Shown in pieces: positions 36,405 through 46,935 of a DNA stretch of 64,000 nt. The first letter of the stretch is position 1; each line of letters opens with the position of its first letter. The translations under genes were made by a program, and so were the position numbers. Source of the stretch: an uncultured Aquitalea sp. GTDB lineage: Bacteria > Pseudomonadota > Gammaproteobacteria > Burkholderiales > Chromobacteriaceae. The notes under the pieces were generated by a model. That model was not told the origin of the DNA. It did not search any database and saw only the letters and a program-made list of their open reading frames with translations. The DNA lies in NCBI RefSeq assembly GCF_945957525.1, contig NZ_CAMFLA010000021.1:1-64000 (forward strand), in the 5' to 3' direction.

Positions 36405-37814
36405 TTAACTGTCGCTGTCAGCCCAACCGCTGATGCCCAGCGTGGCCGCATTATCGAATTTGGCGTATTTGCCGACAAAGGCCAGCCGCACAGCGCCGGT
36501 GGGGCCATTACGGTGCTTGCCGATAATCGCCTCGGCCATGCCTTTGACTTCCTGGTTTTCCGGGTTGTAGTACTCTTCCCGGTACATGAAGACGATCAAG
36601 TCGGCATCCTGCTCGATGGCGCCGGATTCGCGCAGGTCGGACATCATCGGGCGCTTGTTCGGACGCTGCTCCACCGCGCGGGACAGCTGAGAGAGCGCAA
36701 TCACCGGCACAGCCAGCTCCTTGGCCAGGCCCTTCAAACCCCGCGAGATCTCACCCAGCTCGGCAGTGCGGTTGTCGCCGCGACCGGAACCAGACATCAG
36801 CTGCAAATAGTCGATCACAATCAAGCCCAGCTTGCCGCCGTGCTGGCGCGCAAGACGGCGCGCCCTGGCACGCACTTCCAACGCGGTCAGCGCGGGAGTT
36901 TCATCGATGTACATCGGCGCCTCGGACAGCTTGCCAATCGCGTAGGTCAGCTTCTGCCAGTCCTCGTCGCCCAGCTTGCCGGTGCGCAGCGTGTGTTGAT
37001 CCAGCCGGCCCACCGAGCCCAGCATACGCATCACCAGCTGCGCGCCGCCCATTTCCATGGAAAACACCGCTACCGGCAGATGAGCTTCCACCGCCACATG
37101 CTCGGCGATGTTCATCGAGAAAGCGGTTTTACCCATGGAGGGACGGCCTGCCACAATGACCAAGTCGCCTGGTTGAAGGCCAGATGTCTTGGCGTCCAGA
37201 TCAACGAAGCCCGTGGGAATACCCGTTACCTCGTCCGGGTTCTCGCGGCTGTAGAGCATGTCGATGCGCTCCACCACCTCTTTGAGCAGACCCGGCATTT
37301 CCAGAAAGCCTTGCTTGGATTTGGCGGTGGATTCGGCAATCTGGAACACCTTGCCTTCCGCCTCGTCCAGCAACTGCGCGGCATCGCGTCCTTGTGGCGC
37401 ATAGGCGGCCTCGGCAATCTCGGTGCCCACTTGCGCCAACTGACGCATGACTGAGCGCTCGCGCACGATTTCCGCATAGCGGCGGATATTGGCGGCAGAA
37501 GGCGTGTTCTGCGCCAGTGTGGCCAGATAGGACAAACCACCCACATCGCCCAGCTCCGCATGCTTTTCCAGGCTTTCGGACACCGTCACCACGTCGGCCG
37601 GGCGCGCCAACTCTACCAACCGTGCGATGTGGCGATAGATCAGGCGGTGATCGTGGCGGTAAAAGTCGGACTCGCTGACTACGTCGGCAATCTTGTCCCA
37701 GGCACTGTTGTCCAGCATCAGACCGCCCAGCACCGACTGTTCGGCCTCTACGGAATGCGGCGGCGTGCGCAAGGCGACGGTGTCAGTGTCAAAGGTGTCG
37801 TAGGTATCGCTCAT
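36405..37814 (-). CDS. dnaB: Replicative DNA helicase.
   Basis: The N-terminal DnaB domain is present, with Walker A GRPSMGKT and an arginine finger. The protein is collinear with DnaB. Confidence 0.95.
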   Translation of the reverse strand: MSDTYDTFDTDTVALRTPPHSVEAEQSVLGGLMLDNSAWDKIADVVSESDFYRHDHRLIYRHIARLVELARPADVVTVSESLEKHAELGDVGGLSYLATLAQNTPSAANIRRYAEIVRERSVMRQLAQVGTEIAEAAYAPQGRDAAQLLDEAEGKVFQIAESTAKSKQGFLEMPGLLKEVVERIDMLYSRENPDEVTGIPTGFVDLDAKTSGLQPGDLVIVAGRPSMGKTAFSMNIAEHVAVEAHLPVAVFSMEMGGAQLVMRMLGSVGRLDQHTLRTGKLGDEDWQKLTYAIGKLSEAPMYIDETPALTALEVRARARRLARQHGGKLGLIVIDYLQLMSGSGRGDNRTAELGEISRGLKGLAKELAVPVIALSQLSRAVEQRPNKRPMMSDLRESGAIEQDADLIVFMYREEYYNPENQEVKGMAEAIIGKHRNGPTGAVRLAFVGKYAKFDNAATLGISGWADSDS

Positions 37815-37855
37815 GGGAACTCAGTGCAGTCGGTCAGATGAATCAGCCGGCCATT

Positions 37856-39028
37856 TTAACAGTTTTTGCCGGCGACGAAGCCCGAGGACCACGCCCATTG
37901 AAAGTTATAACCACCGAGCCAACCCGTTACATCCACCACCTCGCCGACAAAGAACAGACCAGGCTCGTTGCGCGCCTCCATGGTCTTGGAGGACAAGGCT
38001 TTGGTGGATACGCCGCCCAGCGTCACCTCCGCCTTGCGGTAACCCTGCGTGCCATTGGGCTTGATGCGCCAGTGATGCAGCGCTTCGGCCAACTGCTGAC
38101 GCTTCTTGGGGTTCAGATCCTTCAGTCGCACATGGCAGCCCTGCTTTTCCAGCCACGCTTCTGCAAAGCGCTTCGGCCAACCATGCTCGGCCATGGCGTT
38201 GACAATCAATTGCTCGCTGCCCTGCCGCTCTTCCAGCCACGCCAGCGCATCAACATCAGGCAGCAAGTCAATCACCAGCTCCATGCCCGGCTTCCAATAG
38301 GATGAAATCTGCAAGATAGCCGGCCCGGACAAGCCCTTGTGAGTAAACAGCACATTCTCCCGGAAGCACCCCCTGCCCGCGCGCACCTCCACATCCAGCG
38401 ATACGCCAGCCAGCGGCGCAAATGCGTCCGCATCTTCCACGTGAAAGGTCAGCGGCACCAGCGCAGGCGACAAATCGGTTACGGGCAGGCCAAACTGCTC
38501 TGCAAGGCGATACCCCAGCGGCGAAGCGCCAATTTGCGGTATCGACAAGCCGCCAGTGGCCACCACCAGCGATTCACAGACAAACTCGCCGGCGGAGGTC
38601 GTCACCACAAAGCGCTCATTGCGGGAAACGCCGAGTATCTCCACCCCCATCCGCCGATCCACGCCCGCCTCGTCGCACTCCTTGTCCAGCATGTCGATGA
38701 TGGACTGACTGCCATCATCGCAAAACAGCTGACCCAGCTTCTTTTCATGCCAGGCAATACCGTGGCGATTAACCATGGCGATGAAATCCTGCTGAGTGAA
38801 CTGTGCCAGCGCTGAGCGGCAAAAGTGAGCGTTATTGGAAAGATAACAATCAGGCCGCGCCTGTAGATTGGTGAAATTACAGCGCCCACCGCCGGAAATA
38901 CGGATTTTCTCAGCCAGTTTTTCGGCATGATCGAGCAACAGCACGCGCCGGCCGCGCTGCCCCGCCACCGCGGCGCACATCATGCCTGCGGCGCCGGCGC
39001 CCAGCACTACGACATCCATTTTTTCCAT
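37856..39028 (-). CDS. NAD(P)/FAD-binding flavoprotein of the HI0933/YhiN family.
   Basis: The N-terminal Rossmann motif is VVVLGAGAAGMMCA, and the protein has the HI0933-like architecture. Confidence 0.75.
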   Translation of the reverse strand: MEKMDVVVLGAGAAGMMCAAVAGQRGRRVLLLDHAEKLAEKIRISGGGRCNFTNLQARPDCYLSNNAHFCRSALAQFTQQDFIAMVNRHGIAWHEKKLGQLFCDDGSQSIIDMLDKECDEAGVDRRMGVEILGVSRNERFVVTTSAGEFVCESLVVATGGLSIPQIGASPLGYRLAEQFGLPVTDLSPALVPLTFHVEDADAFAPLAGVSLDVEVRAGRGCFRENVLFTHKGLSGPAILQISSYWKPGMELVIDLLPDVDALAWLEERQGSEQLIVNAMAEHGWPKRFAEAWLEKQGCHVRLKDLNPKKRQQLAEALHHWRIKPNGTQGYRKAEVTLGGVSTKALSSKTMEARNEPGLFFVGEVVDVTGWLGGYNFQWAWSSGFVAGKNC

Positions 39029-39158
39029 AAGCTTTTTTACTTTACTTATTTAGTCAACTATTGGCGATCAACGCCCTATTCCAGTACACTTGGCATACAC
39101 ACACCGCAAGCTGCGGTTAGACTTTCCCTTCTAGCCCGCTTATCACAAGGAGAGCATG

Positions 39159-39740
39159 ATGGAACACAAACTGCCGGAACTGCCGTACGCCCTGGACGCC
39201 CTGGCGCCGCACATCTCCAAGGAAACCCTGGAATTCCACTACGGCAAGCACCATCAGACCTACATCACCAACCTGAACAACCTGATCAAGGGCACCGAGT
39301 TCGAAAACGCCCCCCTAGAAGAAATCGTCAAGAAATCCTCCGGCGGCATTTTCAACAACGCAGCCCAAGTATGGAACCACACCTTCTACTGGTTCGGCCT
39401 AGCCCCGAACGCCGGCGGCGAACCGACCGGCGCACTGGCTGATGCCATCAATGCCAAGTGGGGCTCCTTCGAAGAATTCAAGAAAGCCTTCACCCAGACC
39501 GCCGTTGGCACCTTCGGCTCCGGCTGGGCCTGGCTGGTGAAGAACAGCGACGGCTCTCTGGATCTGGTTTCCACCAGCAACGCCGCCACCCCGCTGACCA
39601 CCGACAAAACCCCGGTGCTGACCTGTGACGTGTGGGAACACGCTTACTACATCGACTACCGCAACAGCCGTCCGAATTACTTGGACAGCTTCTGGAAGCT
39701 GGTGAACTGGGACTTCGCAGCCAAGAACTTCGCTGCCTGA
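39159..39740 (+). CDS. sodB: Iron superoxide dismutase.
   Basis: It is near-collinear with E. coli SodB (..[10 protein letters not shown]..; [13 protein letters not shown]). An AAGGAG SD is present, and the start is taken at the second ATG. Confidence 0.95.
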   Translation: MEHKLPELPYALDALAPHISKETLEFHYGKHHQTYITNLNNLIKGTEFENAPLEEIVKKSSGGIFNNAAQVWNHTFYWFGLAPNAGGEPTGALADAINAKWGSFEEFKKAFTQTAVGTFGSGWAWLVKNSDGSLDLVSTSNAATPLTTDKTPVLTCDVWEHAYYIDYRNSRPNYLDSFWKLVNWDFAAKNFAA

Positions 39741-39758
39741 TTTCAGTGACAAGCAAGA

Positions 39759-39786
39759 CAAAGGGCCGCAAGGCCCTTTTTTCTTG
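39759..39786 (+). terminator. Rho-independent terminator after sodB.
   Basis: The stem gggccgcaaggccc is followed by a T8 run. Confidence 0.75.
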
Positions 39787-39817
39787 CGCCAAATCATCAA
39801 ACCGGCGCCACCTCAAG

Positions 39818-39846
39818 AAAAAGCCGACCTTGCGGTCGGCTTTTTG
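39818..39846. terminator. Bidirectional rho-independent terminator for ppiD and sodB (aaaaagccgaccttgcggtcggctttttg).
   Basis: A perfect stem is flanked by A and T runs. Confidence 0.7.
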
Positions 39847-39855
39847 TCAGGCGTT

Positions 39856-41691
39856 TTACTGATCAGACACCTGCTGCTTACCCATAGTAACAGGGTACTT
39901 CTGCCTTAAAGTGCCAAGATAGGCATCCAGCTGACTGCGAGCAGCCATCTGGCTAAGCATGGAGGACAACTGCGCCTTGTCAGCATCGGTTGCCGCTGGC
40001 GCGGGAATGATTTTATCGATCTGATACACCACGAAATCACCATTATCACGCTTGCTACCAGCATAGGCGGGCAAGGTTTTCACCGAAGCGCCAAACACAG
40101 CGCGCATCTCGGCCGCCGACATCCCCTTGGCGTCGCGACGAGAAGCCACGCTGCTCTCGCCCCATTTGAGTGCGGCCACTTGCTTGCCGGCCTTCAGCTC
40201 AGCCAGCATCGCCTGCCCTTGCTTTTCGGCCAACTTGGTGCCTTCTGTCGCTACCAGTTGCGCCTTGATCACATCCTTTACCTCATCCAGCTTCAACTGA
40301 CGCTCCGGCTGATAATCAGCGACGCGCACCACCACCATCGTGCTGTTGCCGACATCAATCGGTTCGCTGTTGTGCTTCTTCTTCAGCACGTCGTCGCTGA
40401 AAGCGGCCTCCTGCAGCTTGGGATTGTTCAGGAGCGTATCTTGCGCCGGCTTACCGCGCTCCAGCCAATCACTATGCTTGGCCTCCAGCTTGAGCGCATC
40501 CTGGATGCCCTTCAGCGAGCTGCCTTGCTGGTACGCCACCTCAGCCAGACTGTCTGCCTGCTTGCGATACAAGGCTGCCGCTTTCTGCTGCTTCAGCTTC
40601 GCAGCGACTGCCGCTTTCACCGCAGTCAGGTCCGCTTGCTTGATCTCGTCCAGCTTGATGATGTGGAAACCATACTCAGTCTCCACCACTTCGCTGATCT
40701 TGCCCGGTTGCATGCTGAACACCACATCGTCAAACGGCTTCACCATCGCACCATGGCCGAAGAAGCCAAGATCGCCGCCATTGGCAGCCGAACCCGGATC
40801 CTGCGACTTGGCCTTGGCGATTTCGGCAAACTTGGCGGGATTAGCGCGCACTTCCTTCAGCAAGGCATCAGCCTCTGCCTTGATCTTGGCCTTTTCTTCC
40901 GGCTTGGCGCCCTTGGGCACGGTCAGCAGGATATGCGAGGCGCGACGCTCCTCCCCACCAAACTCCGCCTTGTGCTTCTCGTAGTACTGCTGAATCTCCG
41001 CATCGCTCACCTGCTGGCCCTGCGCAATGCCATCCAGCGACAACACGACATAGTCCAGCTTCACCTTCTCCGATGTGCGGAAGCGCTTCAGATTCGCGTC
41101 GTAATAAGCCTTCAGCGCTGCATCATCAGTTTTCACCTGCGCGGCGAAGTCAGCGGGATGCAACACGGCGGCGCGCAACTCGCGCCCCTCGCCCAACAAA
41201 GCAATAACACGATCAACTACGGAATGGGATACGAAGCCAGTACCGGCATAGTTATTCACCTGCCCCTGCAACAGCATGTCCCTGCGGATACGGGCTTCGA
41301 AATTTTCGGCGCTCATATTGCGCTCAGCCAGAAACTCGCGATAGCGATCCGGGCTGAATTTGCCGTTATCCTGCAGCTCTTGCATGCTGGAGATAGCCTT
41401 GAAAAGTTGCTGATCGGGAATTGAGGCACCCGCATCATGTGCGGCATTCAGTAACAGCTCGCGGCTGATCAGATCAGCCAGCGCCTGCTGACGCGTGGCG
41501 GGATCACTGGGCTGGCCTTCAAGCGCGCGGTCCAGATCATGTTTGTAGATCTTGGTGCCGCCAACCTTGACCAGGTAAGGATCTTCAATAGCGGAGCTGT
41601 AGCTGCCCACGCCGAAGGCGACAAAGCTCAGCGCCACCGCGCCGAGAATGACTTGAAGAGCGGTTTTATTGTTCTGAACAAAATCGAACAT
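39856..41691 (-). CDS. ppiD: Periplasmic folding chaperone and peptidyl-prolyl isomerase PpiD.
   Basis: An N-terminal TM anchor is followed by a SurA-like domain and a parvulin domain (..GDLGFFGHGAMVKPFDDVVFSMQPGKISEVVETEYGFHIIKL..). Confidence 0.85.
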   Translation of the reverse strand: MFDFVQNNKTALQVILGAVALSFVAFGVGSYSSAIEDPYLVKVGGTKIYKHDLDRALEGQPSDPATRQQALADLISRELLLNAAHDAGASIPDQQLFKAISSMQELQDNGKFSPDRYREFLAERNMSAENFEARIRRDMLLQGQVNNYAGTGFVSHSVVDRVIALLGEGRELRAAVLHPADFAAQVKTDDAALKAYYDANLKRFRTSEKVKLDYVVLSLDGIAQGQQVSDAEIQQYYEKHKAEFGGEERRASHILLTVPKGAKPEEKAKIKAEADALLKEVRANPAKFAEIAKAKSQDPGSAANGGDLGFFGHGAMVKPFDDVVFSMQPGKISEVVETEYGFHIIKLDEIKQADLTAVKAAVAAKLKQQKAAALYRKQADSLAEVAYQQGSSLKGIQDALKLEAKHSDWLERGKPAQDTLLNNPKLQEAAFSDDVLKKKHNSEPIDVGNSTMVVVRVADYQPERQLKLDEVKDVIKAQLVATEGTKLAEKQGQAMLAELKAGKQVAALKWGESSVASRRDAKGMSAAEMRAVFGASVKTLPAYAGSKRDNGDFVVYQIDKIIPAPAATDADKAQLSSMLSQMAARSQLDAYLGTLRQKYPVTMGKQQVSDQ

Positions 41692-41721
41692 GACGAATCA
41701 GGCGAAAGCCGTCCCAATGTG

Positions 41722-41760
41722 AAAAAAAAAGGTGAACGACTGAAAACCGTTCACCTTTTT
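41722..41760. terminator. Bidirectional rho-independent terminator between ppiD and the tRNA genes.
   Basis: The sequence is A9 - ggtgaacg actgaaaa ccgttcacc - T5. Confidence 0.7.
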
Positions 41761-41769
41761 CTGTGTTTC

Positions 41770-41846
41770 TGGCGGAGCGGACGGGACTCGAACCCGCGAC
41801 CCCCGGCGTGACAGGCCGGTATTCTAACCAACTGAACTACCGCTCC
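41770..41846 (-). tRNA. tRNA-Asp (anticodon GUC).
   Basis: A cloverleaf can be folded. The anticodon loop is CCUGUCACG, and the sequence closely matches E. coli tRNA-Asp. The CCA end is encoded. Confidence 0.9.
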
Positions 41847-41852
41847 GAACTT

Positions 41853-41929
41853 TGGTGGGCGTTGACGGAGTCGAACCGCCGACATTCTGCTTGTAAGGCA
41901 GACGCTCTACCAACTGAGCTAAACGCCCC
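41853..41929 (-). tRNA. tRNA-Val (anticodon UAC).
   Basis: A cloverleaf can be folded with anticodon stem-loop TCTGC-CTTACAA-GCAGA, and the CCA end is encoded. Confidence 0.85.
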
Positions 41930-41978
41930 TCGAATCTGGACTGTCAGCCCATGACATCAAGGCTGACAGAGTGGCAGA

Positions 41979-42248
41979 TTATAGCGCGTCTTTCAGCGCT
42001 TTGCCAGCACGGAACTTCGGAGAACGTGCAGCCGGGATCTTGATGGTTTCGCCGGTCTTCGGGTTGCGACCGCTGCGCTCAGCGCGTTCGCCAACGTAGA
42101 AGGTGCCAAAACCCACCAGGGTCACGGTGTCGCCCTTTTTCAGAGCATCGGTAACAGCGGCAACCATACCATCCAGTGCCTTGGCGGCTGCAGCCTTGGA
42201 AATATCGGCTTCAGCGGCGATTGCATCAATCAGTTCAGACTTGTTCAC
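41979..42248 (-). CDS. hupB: DNA-binding protein HU-beta. It starts at a GTG behind an AAGGGGA SD.
   Basis: The sequence [39 protein letters not shown].. is collinear with HupB. The upstream extension in the ORF track is rejected. Confidence 0.9.
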   Translation of the reverse strand: MNKSELIDAIAAEADISKAAAAKALDGMVAAVTDALKKGDTVTLVGFGTFYVGERAERSGRNPKTGETIKIPAARSPKFRAGKALKDAL

Positions 42249-42422
42249 GTAAGTCCCCTTTCGTCGTTCTCGGTCTACGTAATTCGGATAAAAACCGCTT
42301 GCTTTATAGCAAGGCCAAAATCCTTGTGTCAAGCGGCTTCCAGCGCAATCTTGCCATTTCGCAAGACCCGCTGGAAGCACCAGCGGCAACGAAAAATCGT
42401 TACTTCTGCAACCTACTGATTT

Positions 42423-44837
42423 TTAATGCGTCATTACAGACACACCCTGCCCGCCTTCGGGCGCGGGGTGCAACTCTTCCGGCTTGGCATCTTCATGCAA
42501 AGGCTCTGGCTGGCGCTCCAGCGCCAGGGCGAGAACCTCGTCAATCCACTTCACCGGATGAATTTCCAGCTTCTGCTTGATGTTGGCGGGGATATCCACC
42601 AAATCCTTGGCATTGCCCTTCGGAATCAATACACGCTTGATTCCGCCGCGATGAGCAGCCAGCAGTTTCTCTTTGAGACCACCAATCGGCAACACCTCGC
42701 CGCGCAGCGTGATTTCGCCAGTCATAGCAACATCAGAGCGTACCGGAATTCCCGCCAGAACGGAAACTATCGCGGTAGTCATGGCAATACCAGCACTGGG
42801 CCCATCCTTGGGAGTCGCCCCCTCGGGGACGTGTATATGCATGTCATGTTTTTCATGGAAATCAGGCTTGATGCCCAATGTCTGCGCACGACTTCGCACC
42901 ACACTCATTGCAGCCGTAATCGACTCTTGCATCACCTCGCCCAGCTGACCGGTACGGATGATATTGCCCTTGCCTGGCAAGGAAACCGCTTCGATAGTCA
43001 GCAACTCGCCGCCAACCTCGGTCCAAGCCAAGCCAGTCACCTGGCCAATGCGATTCTCTTCCTCGGCAACACCGTAATCAAAACGATGCACACCCAGGTA
43101 TTTGTCGAGATTCTTACCGCCTACAGTGGCCTTGCCGGCCTTGCTCTTGCCCAGAGAGTCGGCAGTCACCACCTTGCGGCAGATCTTGGCGATCTCGCGA
43201 TCCAGGCTGCGCACGCCGGCTTCGCGGGTGTAGTAGCGCACAATATCGCGCAGAGCCGACTCCTGCACCACCAACTCGCCGTCCTTCACGCCATTGGCCT
43301 TGACTTGCTTGGGCAGCAGGTATTTCTGGGCAATGCTGACCTTTTCGTCCTCGGTGTAACCCGCCAAGCGGATGATCTCCATCCGATCCAGCAACGCCGG
43401 CGGGATGTTCAAGGAGTTGGCCGTAGCCACGAACATCACATCAGAAAGGTCGTACTCCACTTCTGCGTAATGATCGACGAACGAATGGTTCTGCTCGGGA
43501 TCAAGCACTTCCAGCAAAGCAGAAGACGGATCTCCACGGAAATCCGCACCCAGCTTGTCCACTTCATCCAGCAGGAACAAGGGGTTCTTCACTCCCACCT
43601 TGGTCATGTTCTGCAGCACCTTGCCCGGCATGGAGCCGATGTAAGTGCGGCGATGACCACGAATCTCGGACTCGTCCCGCACACCACCCAGCGCCATACG
43701 CACAAACTTGCGATTGGTGGCGCGCGCAATGGACTGCCCGAGCGAGGTCTTGCCTACGCCCGGAGGACCTACCAGGCACAGAATCGGCGCCTTCAACTTG
43801 TCGACGCGCTGCTGCACCGCGAGATACTCGAGAATGCGTTCCTTGACCTTTTCCAGGCCAAAGTGATCTTCATCCAGCACCGCTTCGGCATTGGCGACGT
43901 CCTTATTGATCTTGGTCTTCTTCTTCCAAGGCAGATCCAGCAAGGTGTCGATGTAGTTGCGCACCACTGTGGCTTCGGCCGACATGGGCGACATCATGCG
44001 CAATTTCTTGAGCTCGGACTGCGCCTTTTCTCGAGCCTCTTTGGGCATACCCGCCAGGCGGATGCGCTTTTCAAGCTCGTCGAAATCGCTGGTCTCGTCC
44101 AGATCGCCCAGCTCTTTCTGGATGGCCTTGACCTGCTCGTTGAGGTAATACTCGCGCTGACTTTTTTCCATCTGCCGCTTCACACGGCCACGGATGCGCT
44201 TTTCCACCTGCAGGATATCGATCTCACCCTCCAACTGACTCAGCAAGTGATCGAGACGCGACTTGACGTCGAACATCTCCAGCACTTCCTGCTTCTGCTC
44301 CAGCTTGAGCGGCAAATGCGCGACGATGGTGTCGGCCATACGGCCGGCGCGTTCGATGCCGGCCAGCGAAGTCATCACTTCAGGCGGAATCTTTTTATTG
44401 AGCTTGACGTACTGTTCGAACTGGGCAAGCAGTGCCCGGCGCATGGCTTCGGACTCGGTAGAGTCTTCGCCATCGGCCGATACTGGCTGGATAGTGCCGA
44501 CGAAGCAGCCGCCGTCTTCACTCACCTCGGAGATGCGAGCGCGCTGGCGACCTTCCACCAGCACCTTGACCGTGCCATCAGGCAGCTTGAGCATCTGCAA
44601 GACCGAGGCAATGGTACCGACATCGTAAAGATCGTCGGCTTCAGGCTCATCCTTGGAAGCTGAACGCTGGGCCACAAGCAAGACCTGCTTGCCTTCGTCC
44701 ATGGCGGTTTCCAGCGCACGAATGGACTTGGCCCTTCCGACGAACAGCGGAATGACCATATGAGGAAACACCACGACATCCCTCAAGGGAAGCAAGGGCA
44801 ACGTGGTTTCTTCGCGGAGTTCTGCGGGTTGGGGCAT
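42423..44837 (-). CDS. lon: ATP-dependent Lon protease.
   Basis: The LON N domain, an AAA+ module (GPPGVGKTS) and a protease domain with Ser-Lys dyad motifs are all present. Confidence 0.95.
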   Translation of the reverse strand: MPQPAELREETTLPLLPLRDVVVFPHMVIPLFVGRAKSIRALETAMDEGKQVLLVAQRSASKDEPEADDLYDVGTIASVLQMLKLPDGTVKVLVEGRQRARISEVSEDGGCFVGTIQPVSADGEDSTESEAMRRALLAQFEQYVKLNKKIPPEVMTSLAGIERAGRMADTIVAHLPLKLEQKQEVLEMFDVKSRLDHLLSQLEGEIDILQVEKRIRGRVKRQMEKSQREYYLNEQVKAIQKELGDLDETSDFDELEKRIRLAGMPKEAREKAQSELKKLRMMSPMSAEATVVRNYIDTLLDLPWKKKTKINKDVANAEAVLDEDHFGLEKVKERILEYLAVQQRVDKLKAPILCLVGPPGVGKTSLGQSIARATNRKFVRMALGGVRDESEIRGHRRTYIGSMPGKVLQNMTKVGVKNPLFLLDEVDKLGADFRGDPSSALLEVLDPEQNHSFVDHYAEVEYDLSDVMFVATANSLNIPPALLDRMEIIRLAGYTEDEKVSIAQKYLLPKQVKANGVKDGELVVQESALRDIVRYYTREAGVRSLDREIAKICRKVVTADSLGKSKAGKATVGGKNLDKYLGVHRFDYGVAEEENRIGQVTGLAWTEVGGELLTIEAVSLPGKGNIIRTGQLGEVMQESITAAMSVVRSRAQTLGIKPDFHEKHDMHIHVPEGATPKDGPSAGIAMTTAIVSVLAGIPVRSDVAMTGEITLRGEVLPIGGLKEKLLAAHRGGIKRVLIPKGNAKDLVDIPANIKQKLEIHPVKWIDEVLALALERQPEPLHEDAKPEELHPAPEGGQGVSVMTH

Positions 44838-44873
44838 ATCACCTAACCTTGCTTACGTGAAACAATGTTTCTC

Positions 44874-44900
44874 AGATGGGGGAGACGCTTTGAAAATCAA
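44874..44900 (-). promoter_or_regulatory. Sigma32 (heat-shock)-type promoter upstream of lon.
   Basis: The minus strand reads TTGATT-N13-CCCCATCT, against the consensus CTTGAAA-N13-15-CCCCATNT. It is positioned about 35 nt upstream of the lon ATG. Confidence 0.55.
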
Positions 44901-44933
44901 CCACCCCATACTAAATCAGTTTTGCGGCAATAC

Positions 44934-44960
44934 AAAAGAAAAAACCGCCCGTCAGGGCGG
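44934..44960 (-). terminator. Rho-independent terminator after clpX.
   Basis: The hairpin ccgccc-gtca-gggcgg is followed by a T-rich run on the minus strand. Confidence 0.6.
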
Positions 44961-44981
44961 CTCTCCGACGATGTGTGAACA

Positions 44982-46262
44982 TCAGGCGGACTGGGCTTCG
45001 TCGTCCTTGTCGCTATAGATAAACAGCGGCTTGTCGCCTTTATCGATAACCTTTTCATCGACAACGACTTTTTCCACATTTTCCATCGACGGCAATTCAT
45101 ACATGGTATCCAGCAGCACACGCTCGAGAATCGAACGCAAACCGCGCGCGCCTGTTTTGCGTGCCAGCGCCTGCTTGGCAATGGCGCGCAATGCGGACGG
45201 ACGAACCTCCAGCTCGACGGCTTCCATCTGGAACAGACGCTGATATTGTTTCACCAACGCGTTCTTGGGCTGGGTCAGAATCGTGACCATCGCTTCTTCG
45301 TCCAGCTCTTCCAGCGTCGCCACCACCGGCAAACGGCCAATCAGTTCCGGGATCAAGCCAAAACGGATCAGATCATCCGGCTCAGCCTCTTTGAACAACG
45401 CGGAAACGCTCTTGCTATCGTCGCGCGAAGCCACTTCTGCGCCGAAACCAATACCGCCCTTTTCAGACCGACGGCGGATGATTTTTTCCAACCCATCGAA
45501 AGCGCCACCGCAAATGAACAGGATATTGGTGGTGTCCACCTGGATGAATTCCTGATTCGGATGCTTGCGGCCACCTTGCGGCGGGATAGACGCCACCGTG
45601 CCTTCAATCAATTTCAGCAGCGCTTGCTGCACGCCTTCGCCCGATACGTCGCGCGTGATGGACGGGTTTTCCGACTTGCGGGAAATCTTGTCGATTTCGT
45701 CGATGTAGACGATGCCGCGCTGGGCCTTTTCCACATCGTAGTCGCACTTTTGCAGCAGCTTCTGGATGATGTGCTCGACATCTTCGCCCACATAACCAGC
45801 CTCGGTCAGCGTAGTGGCGTCAGCGATGACAAAAGGCACGTCAAGCAAACGAGCCAGCGACTGCGCCAGCAGGGTTTTGCCCGAACCGGTTGGGCCCACC
45901 AGCAGAATATTGCTCTTCGCCAACTCCACGTCATTCTTGTCCGCAGCCGGTGCGTACAAGCGCTTGTAGTGGTTGTACACCGCCACCGACAGGGTTTTCT
46001 TGGCGAAGTCCTGCCCGATGATGTACTGATCTAGATCGGAGCGAATCTCCTGCGGCGTAGGCAGATTGCGGTCATCGCCGACTGCGTCGGCGATATCGCC
46101 AACGCCCTTTTCCAGCTCCTCGCGAATAATGTCGTTGCACAGCTCGACACACTCATTGCAGATGAAAACCTGCGGCCCCGCGATCAATCGCTGCACTTCA
46201 TGCTGGCTCTTGCCGCAGAAGGAGCAGTAAAGGAGCTTATCGTTGCTGCTTTTCTCAGCCAT
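44982..46262 (-). CDS. clpX: ATP-dependent Clp protease ATP-binding subunit ClpX.
   Basis: It has an N-terminal C4 zinc finger (CSFCGKS..CNEC) and Walker A GPTGSGKT. Confidence 0.95.
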   Translation of the reverse strand: MAEKSSNDKLLYCSFCGKSQHEVQRLIAGPQVFICNECVELCNDIIREELEKGVGDIADAVGDDRNLPTPQEIRSDLDQYIIGQDFAKKTLSVAVYNHYKRLYAPAADKNDVELAKSNILLVGPTGSGKTLLAQSLARLLDVPFVIADATTLTEAGYVGEDVEHIIQKLLQKCDYDVEKAQRGIVYIDEIDKISRKSENPSITRDVSGEGVQQALLKLIEGTVASIPPQGGRKHPNQEFIQVDTTNILFICGGAFDGLEKIIRRRSEKGGIGFGAEVASRDDSKSVSALFKEAEPDDLIRFGLIPELIGRLPVVATLEELDEEAMVTILTQPKNALVKQYQRLFQMEAVELEVRPSALRAIAKQALARKTGARGLRSILERVLLDTMYELPSMENVEKVVVDEKVIDKGDKPLFIYSDKDDEAQSA

Positions 46263-46278
46263 TGGCTAGTTCCACTAC

Positions 46279-46911
46279 TTAGGCTGCCACGTCTTTGCGA
46301 GACAACAGCACTTTGTCAATCAGACCGTATTCACGGGCTTGTTCGGCAGACATGAAATTGTCGCGCTCGGTATCGGCCTGGACGCGCTCCAGCGGCTGAC
46401 CACTGTGCTTGGCCAGCAGCTCGTTCATGTGAGCCTTGACCTTGACCAGCTCGCGAGCATGGATTTCGATGTCAGTCACCTGGCCAGAAAGGCCGCCGCC
46501 GTAAAGCAAGGGCTGGTGAATCATCACGCGACTATTAGTCAACGCAAAGCGCTTACCATGCGTACCGGCCGACAACAGGAAGGCGCCCATGCTGGCGGCT
46601 TGCCCGATGCACAGGGTGGAAATGTCCGGCTTGATGAAATTCATCGTATCGTAGATGGACATACCCGCCGTGATGGAGCCACCCGGAGAGTTGATGTAGA
46701 AGTAGATGTCCTTGTCTGGATTCTCGGACTCCAGGAACAGCATCTGCGCCACAACGAGGTTGGCCGATTCATCGGTGACGGGCCCCACCAGGAACACGAT
46801 GCGCTCCTTGAGCAGACGCGAGTAAATGTCGTAGGCGCGTTCGCCACGACCGCTCTGCTCCACTACCATGGGCACCAGGCCCAGCCCTTGCGGTTCAAAC
46901 ATCGATTTCAT
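46279..46911 (-). CDS. clpP: ATP-dependent Clp protease proteolytic subunit.
   Basis: It is near-collinear with E. coli ClpP (..[11 protein letters not shown]..). Confidence 0.95.
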   Translation of the reverse strand: MKSMFEPQGLGLVPMVVEQSGRGERAYDIYSRLLKERIVFLVGPVTDESANLVVAQMLFLESENPDKDIYFYINSPGGSITAGMSIYDTMNFIKPDISTLCIGQAASMGAFLLSAGTHGKRFALTNSRVMIHQPLLYGGGLSGQVTDIEIHARELVKVKAHMNELLAKHSGQPLERVQADTERDNFMSAEQAREYGLIDKVLLSRKDVAA

Positions 46912-46935
46912 CGACCAACTCCGTATGTGTCGTTA

